DNA of 64,000 nucleotides from Escherichia coli (GTDB lineage Bacteria; Pseudomonadota; Gammaproteobacteria; Enterobacterales; Enterobacteriaceae): NCBI RefSeq assembly GCF_016903815.1, contig NZ_CP069973.1; one strand, 5' to 3'. Shown piece by piece: positions 59,450 to 64,000 of this stretch (position 1 is its first letter; each line of letters starts with the position of its first letter). The notes under the pieces were generated by a model. It saw only the letters and a program-made list of their open reading frames with translations, ran no database searches and was not told where the DNA came from. The position numbers and the translations under genes were made by a program.

Positions 59450-61351
59450 TCAGTTGATGAAAACAGAACCGCCCACGATGGTGATGCCATCCTTCGACAG
59501 CCTGATTACCGTCGATTCCCCGACCTGTAGCTGAATGCCATCCGGCGTCAGCGCAATTTTGCTTTCCTCCACGGCCAGCAAAATTTCCTTAATCGCCGTA
59601 TAAGCCTGTATACCGTCGCCTTCGCCACCATTGTTTACAGCGTCAACATGCACTGAACCGGCAATCGTGCCTCTGTCCTGAAAAACATCCTCAGATAAAG
59701 ACCCTTTTAGTACGCCTGTGATTTTGTGGCCTTTTTCCACCGTAAGAAGGCGGTTACCTTCCTGGATCGTGACTGTCTGGTCATTTTTTACGGTTTCGCG
59801 GTGATCGTGTTTTACGGTGGTGGTACGGTCGTTGAGCACTTCGGTATCCATGTTCTTCTGCGCGTGGATGTAGACCTGTTCTCTCCCTGTCGCATCATCA
59901 AACTTCAGCTCATTAAATCCGCTGCCCATGTACGTTTTGGAGCGGATGGTCATCTGCGTCTTTGTTCCCGGCAGGCTGCCGGGGGTGCGGTTTTCCTGGT
60001 GGTAGGTGCGCCCCATAATGATCGGCTGGTCCGGATCGCCGTTGAGGAAGTCTACAATCACCTCCTGACCCACACGCGGTATCGCCAGGTGGCCAAAACC
60101 GGTGCCTGCCCACGCCTGTGCCACACGGATCCAGCACGAACTGTCTTGGTCTGCCGGGTTATAACGGTCCCAGTTGAACTTCACCCGCACGCGACCATGT
60201 TCGTCGCAGAAGATTTCCTCGCCTGCCGGTCCTGTCACGACAGCGCTCTGCGGGCCGTCGACCAGCGGTTTCAGCAACGGCTGTGGTCGCCATGTTCTGT
60301 CTGCCGGGATCACCGCAAAATGGTTCTCCAGCGCCGTCCCCGCTCCCTGCCGTCTTGGCACCGCCTGTGGCTGTTCGCCGTGCAGTTCACTTGCCACCAC
60401 CTGCCATTCCCGGTTCAGGTTCGCCTGCGGATGCCCCGTCAGCACAATTCGTCGTCCCGGCCATATCTCCGGCGAGCGACTCATTCCCCGCGCGGTTTCT
60501 GCATTGTTTCGCCAGCCGTCCATCTGCCAGCGGGCAAAGTTCTGCCCGTGGGCACCCTTGAAACGTCCGGGGTAGTCATACACTTCATACTGCGTGCGCT
60601 GGTAGTCCTGGTGCTGGCCTTCCTGTTCAAAACGTCCGGCCCAGCCGGGGCGTTTAAAGGTGTAGTCTTTGGTCACCACGGAAGAAGGGCGGATTTGTGC
60701 GCTGTAGCGGAACTGGCTGATGCAGAGGGTGCTCACCTCGGTACGGGTGTTCGGGTTCCATGGGATTTCAAAAGATTCGGGCAGATGGCGGACTGTGTCG
60801 CACAGCACCAGGCTCTGGTCGGTACTTTTGTAAGCATGCTCCTCATAAAAGAAGATGCCTTCCTCCGCCGCCATCCGGCACAGGAAATCGTAATCAGTCT
60901 CACCGTACTGGACACAAAACTCACGGGAAGGATGCGGCTCGCTGAACAGCGGACTCCATTCGGTCACCCCGTTTTCCTGCAACATCGTGCCGAGGATGCT
61001 TTTGATGTCCTCGTTCTGGAAGATACGGAAGTTCTGGCGCAGACCGGCACGCCACAGCGGCGGGTGCACCTTCATGCTGTACAGCATCTGGTTTTTGTCG
61101 TTCTCCCCGAGTTCAAACCAGGTCACCACGCCTTTCACCCGGCGCTGTACTTCATCGCCCTGCCATATCGTCAGGTAGGCCATTTTGTCCAGCACCTGCG
61201 CAAATTCAAGGGAGAGAAACTGCTGGCTGACCAGGGAGAGATCGAGGGAAAAGAGCGAAGAGAGTGACTGGTTCAGATGAAAGGAAACCACCGCAAAAGC
61301 ATCCGGCGGCAGGCCGTCCACTTCCAGTGTGAAACGTAATCCGGTTGACAT
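59450..61351 (-). CDS. vgrG: T6SS spike protein VgrG
   Basis: 633-aa ORF with VgrG-type N-terminus 'MSTGLRFTLEVDGLPPDAFAVVSFHLNQSLSSLFSLDLSLVS' and gp27/gp5-like regions. Confidence 0.9.
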   Translation of the reverse strand: MSTGLRFTLEVDGLPPDAFAVVSFHLNQSLSSLFSLDLSLVSQQFLSLEFAQVLDKMAYLTIWQGDEVQRRVKGVVTWFELGENDKNQMLYSMKVHPPLWRAGLRQNFRIFQNEDIKSILGTMLQENGVTEWSPLFSEPHPSREFCVQYGETDYDFLCRMAAEEGIFFYEEHAYKSTDQSLVLCDTVRHLPESFEIPWNPNTRTEVSTLCISQFRYSAQIRPSSVVTKDYTFKRPGWAGRFEQEGQHQDYQRTQYEVYDYPGRFKGAHGQNFARWQMDGWRNNAETARGMSRSPEIWPGRRIVLTGHPQANLNREWQVVASELHGEQPQAVPRRQGAGTALENHFAVIPADRTWRPQPLLKPLVDGPQSAVVTGPAGEEIFCDEHGRVRVKFNWDRYNPADQDSSCWIRVAQAWAGTGFGHLAIPRVGQEVIVDFLNGDPDQPIIMGRTYHQENRTPGSLPGTKTQMTIRSKTYMGSGFNELKFDDATGREQVYIHAQKNMDTEVLNDRTTTVKHDHRETVKNDQTVTIQEGNRLLTVEKGHKITGVLKGSLSEDVFQDRGTIAGSVHVDAVNNGGEGDGIQAYTAIKEILLAVEESKIALTPDGIQLQVGESTVIRLSKDGITIVGGSVFIN

Positions 61352-62087
61352 AGCAACCTCCAGTAAAATGAATAATGATCCGTACCGTACAACTGCGGAT
61401 AATGTGATAAGCGGGACGACTTCAGACGTTATTAGGGAAGGAACAGAAAATGCTATGGTTATGTGAGAATTTTGTTTAAATATTACTTTACAGAAACGGG
61501 TGTCTGTTCAGTCAAAAAAATAATCACAAGCTCAACCTCTTGTTTCTTGGCGTTATTCAGGACAGGTACGCATATCACAACGAGTAACAAAAACGCAAAG
61601 TTAAACCAATATTCATAATATATTTTTATTCACAGCAATAAATAATCCAATTAACATTATTAAAATGAATGATTGCATAAGAAATATATGCTACCGCTCC
61701 ACCCTGATAACATGATCTGCACATTGCACATCTTAACGTTGTTAAATACTGGCTCAATAGTGGATATTTTAAATTAGGAATTTATCAAATTCACTTGATA
61801 AATAGATTGAGTGAATAATATAACAATTAATGATGATTAATCGCGATTAAATTATTCATTGCTTTATATGATAGATGGCTTGTTTATAACGATGAAAATT
61901 TAGAAAGGGCATTGTGATCTACAATTGGAAGAAACACAGATTTAACTAAGTTTCATATACAAACATCTCGTGAAACTTTGAAAAATAAAAGCCTTCGATA
62001 TTTCATATGTTTAATAAGTTTTTCTCTAATTTGTTGATCAACAATACCAGGAGGTGATGCACCACGCCCTGAATTTGAACTTAATAA

Positions 62088-63536
62088 TCACTCTCTCTCC
62101 GGCAGCATAATCACAAACCTTGTCCCCCGAGCATCTGACGTTACTGCAACCGTGCCTTTATGCGCGACAACTATCGATTTCACTATCGCCAGACCAATGC
62201 CGCTACCTTCGCCTTTTCGCTGACGGGAGGGGTCAACGCGATAGAAACGGTCAAACAATCGCGGTAAGTGCTCGGGCGCAATGGGCGTACCGGGGTTTTC
62301 GACGGTAACTTGCACCTGGTGATCGACCGTCTGGCAGCGCACAACAATTGCCTCTCCGGGCGGCGTATAACGCAGGGCGTTCGAAAGCAGGTTGCTTAAC
62401 GCCCGACGCAGCATCAGCGGATCGCCCGCAACCTGACACTCGTCACCAACAAACCGCAACTCCACGCCGCGATCTTCCGCTAATGCCTCGAAAAAATCGA
62501 ACACTTTGCCGACTTCATCCGCCAGGTTGAGCATTTTCTTTTCGGGGATTAACTGGTTGTTATCGGCCTGGGCGAGAAACAGCATATCGCTGACCATTTT
62601 CGCCATTCGCGTCAGCTCTTCGAGATTAGAGTAGAGCACATCTTCCAGCTCCTTCTGGCTGCGCGACTGGCTGAGGGCGATTTCCGTTTGCGTGATGAGA
62701 TTGGTAATCGGCGTGCGAATTTCGTGAGCGATATCCGCTGAGAAATTGGACTGGCGGGTAAAGACATCCTCAATACGCTCGATCATATGGTTGAACGACA
62801 GTACCAGCTGTTCCAGCTCAATGGGCACGGTCTGCGGGTCAAGGCGAACGTCGAGATCTTTCGAGGTAATGTTCTGGATTTGACGGCTGACGCTGCGGAT
62901 CGGTGCGTGACCTTTATGTACCGCCAACAGCACGATAAAGACGATCAGGATGCTGATGATCGATGCGGTCATAATAAGTTTATTCATCAAATCATTTATG
63001 TAATGAAGATGAAAATCGATCGAAAGCGCGATGTAGAGCGTATAAATCGGTTTGCCGTCCACCAACGGGCCAACCGGCAAGTTAATCATCCGCCAGTTGC
63101 TGTGTTCCATATGCCCGTGACCGTGGCCCGGCATCATAATCGTCGGGCCGGAAAGGAGATACACCTCGCCGCCCCGCGTGTCTTTATCGGGTATGGCGTC
63201 ACGCGTAAACTCGCGGATATCCGGCGCACCGGGGGAGTGATACACCGTTTTACCCTGGCTATCTGCCAGGGAAATCAACACATTGGAATAACCACTGACG
63301 ATATCTTCCAGCGTCATTAAGCGTCGGGCTTGTGTCTCTTCGGGATGATTAAGAACGCGCTTGAGTGTGGCGCTAATCTCTTTTAAATCATTAATATCCT
63401 GCTCAGCAAAATGCACTTTTACCGAGTGAATCATGATCCAGGCAAAGGCGAAAAACGCCGCGATGGTGGCCAGGCTGATAAAAAAGGTCAGGCGGGTTGC
63501 CAGCGAAAACGGGCGCTGAAATGGCTTACTGACCAT
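62088..63536 (-). CDS. cusS: Copper/silver-responsive sensor histidine kinase
   Basis: 480-aa product from '[10 protein letters not shown]...' with two TM segments, HAMP, HisKA ('[11 protein letters not shown]') and HATPase regions; followed by cusR. Confidence 0.85.
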
Positions 63537-64000
63537 CCGGCACCTCAAGCATGTAACCCACGCCGCGCACGGTTTGAATCAGCTTCGGCTCAAAGTCGTT
63601 GTCGATTTTGCCGCGCAGCCGCTTCACTGCCACATCAATGGCGTTGGTATCGCTGTCGAAATTCATGTCCCACACCTGCGAGGCGATAAGCGAGCGGGGC
63701 AGCACTTCGCCTTGATGGCGGAGGAAAAACTCCAGCAGAGTAAATTCTTTACTGGTCAGAGTGATGCGCGTGCCGCTGCGGGTGACTTTGCGGCTGACGA
63801 GATCGACCATCAGATCGGCAACCTGAAACTGACTTTCGATAATTACCGCCGCCCCGCGCCGCAGTAGAGTGCGCACCCGCGCCAGCAGTTCAGCAAAAGC
63901 GAACGGCTTCACCAGATAGTCATCCGCCCCCAACTCCAGCCCCTTGACGCGATGTTCAATGGTACCAAGCGCGGTAAGCAACAGAATCGGCATCCCTTTA
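63526..64000 (-). CDS. cusR: OmpR-family response regulator, partial (N-terminus beyond window end)
   Basis: C-terminal winged-helix region '...[31 protein letters not shown]...[11 protein letters not shown]'; reading frame stays open to position 64000. Confidence 0.8.

Noticed and set aside
59726-61267. 513-aa plus-strand ORF antisense to vgrG
   Set aside because: Entirely within vgrG on the opposite strand; composition is typical of a GC-rich antisense frame, whereas VgrG has clear family features.

Overview
This window looks like an Escherichia coli chromosomal segment, syntenic with the K-12 rhsD-to-cusRS region but with strain-specific differences. Order, left to right: a 5'-truncated classical Rhs gene whose C-terminal toxin tip is cut by an IS1 insertion; a putative immunity ORF; a transposase remnant; mnmH; the complete allantoin/glyoxylate cluster (allS, allA, allR, gcl, hyi, glxR, ybbW, allB, ybbY, glxK, allE, allC, allD, fdrA, ylbE, ylbF, ybcF); purK-purE; lpxH-ppiB; cysS; ybcI-ybcJ-folD; the sfmACDHF fimbrial operon; fimZ; tRNA-Arg argU; envY; ybcH-nfrA-nfrB; a ~14 kb accessory island; then cusS and partial cusR. 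The island carries a T6SS vgrG-eagR-prePAAR-Rhs effector with its immunity gene, orphan toxin/immunity modules, rhs fragments, and one complete plus one solo-end ISAs1 (H-repeat) element. The most unusual signal is three in-frame TAG (amber) codons, each interrupting an otherwise full-length gene (allD, nfrB, the prePAAR-Rhs effector), all on the minus strand. argU is not followed by a prophage; envY sits directly next to it. No CRISPR array or rRNA was seen. Gene names are assigned from remembered protein sequences and synteny, not from a database search.
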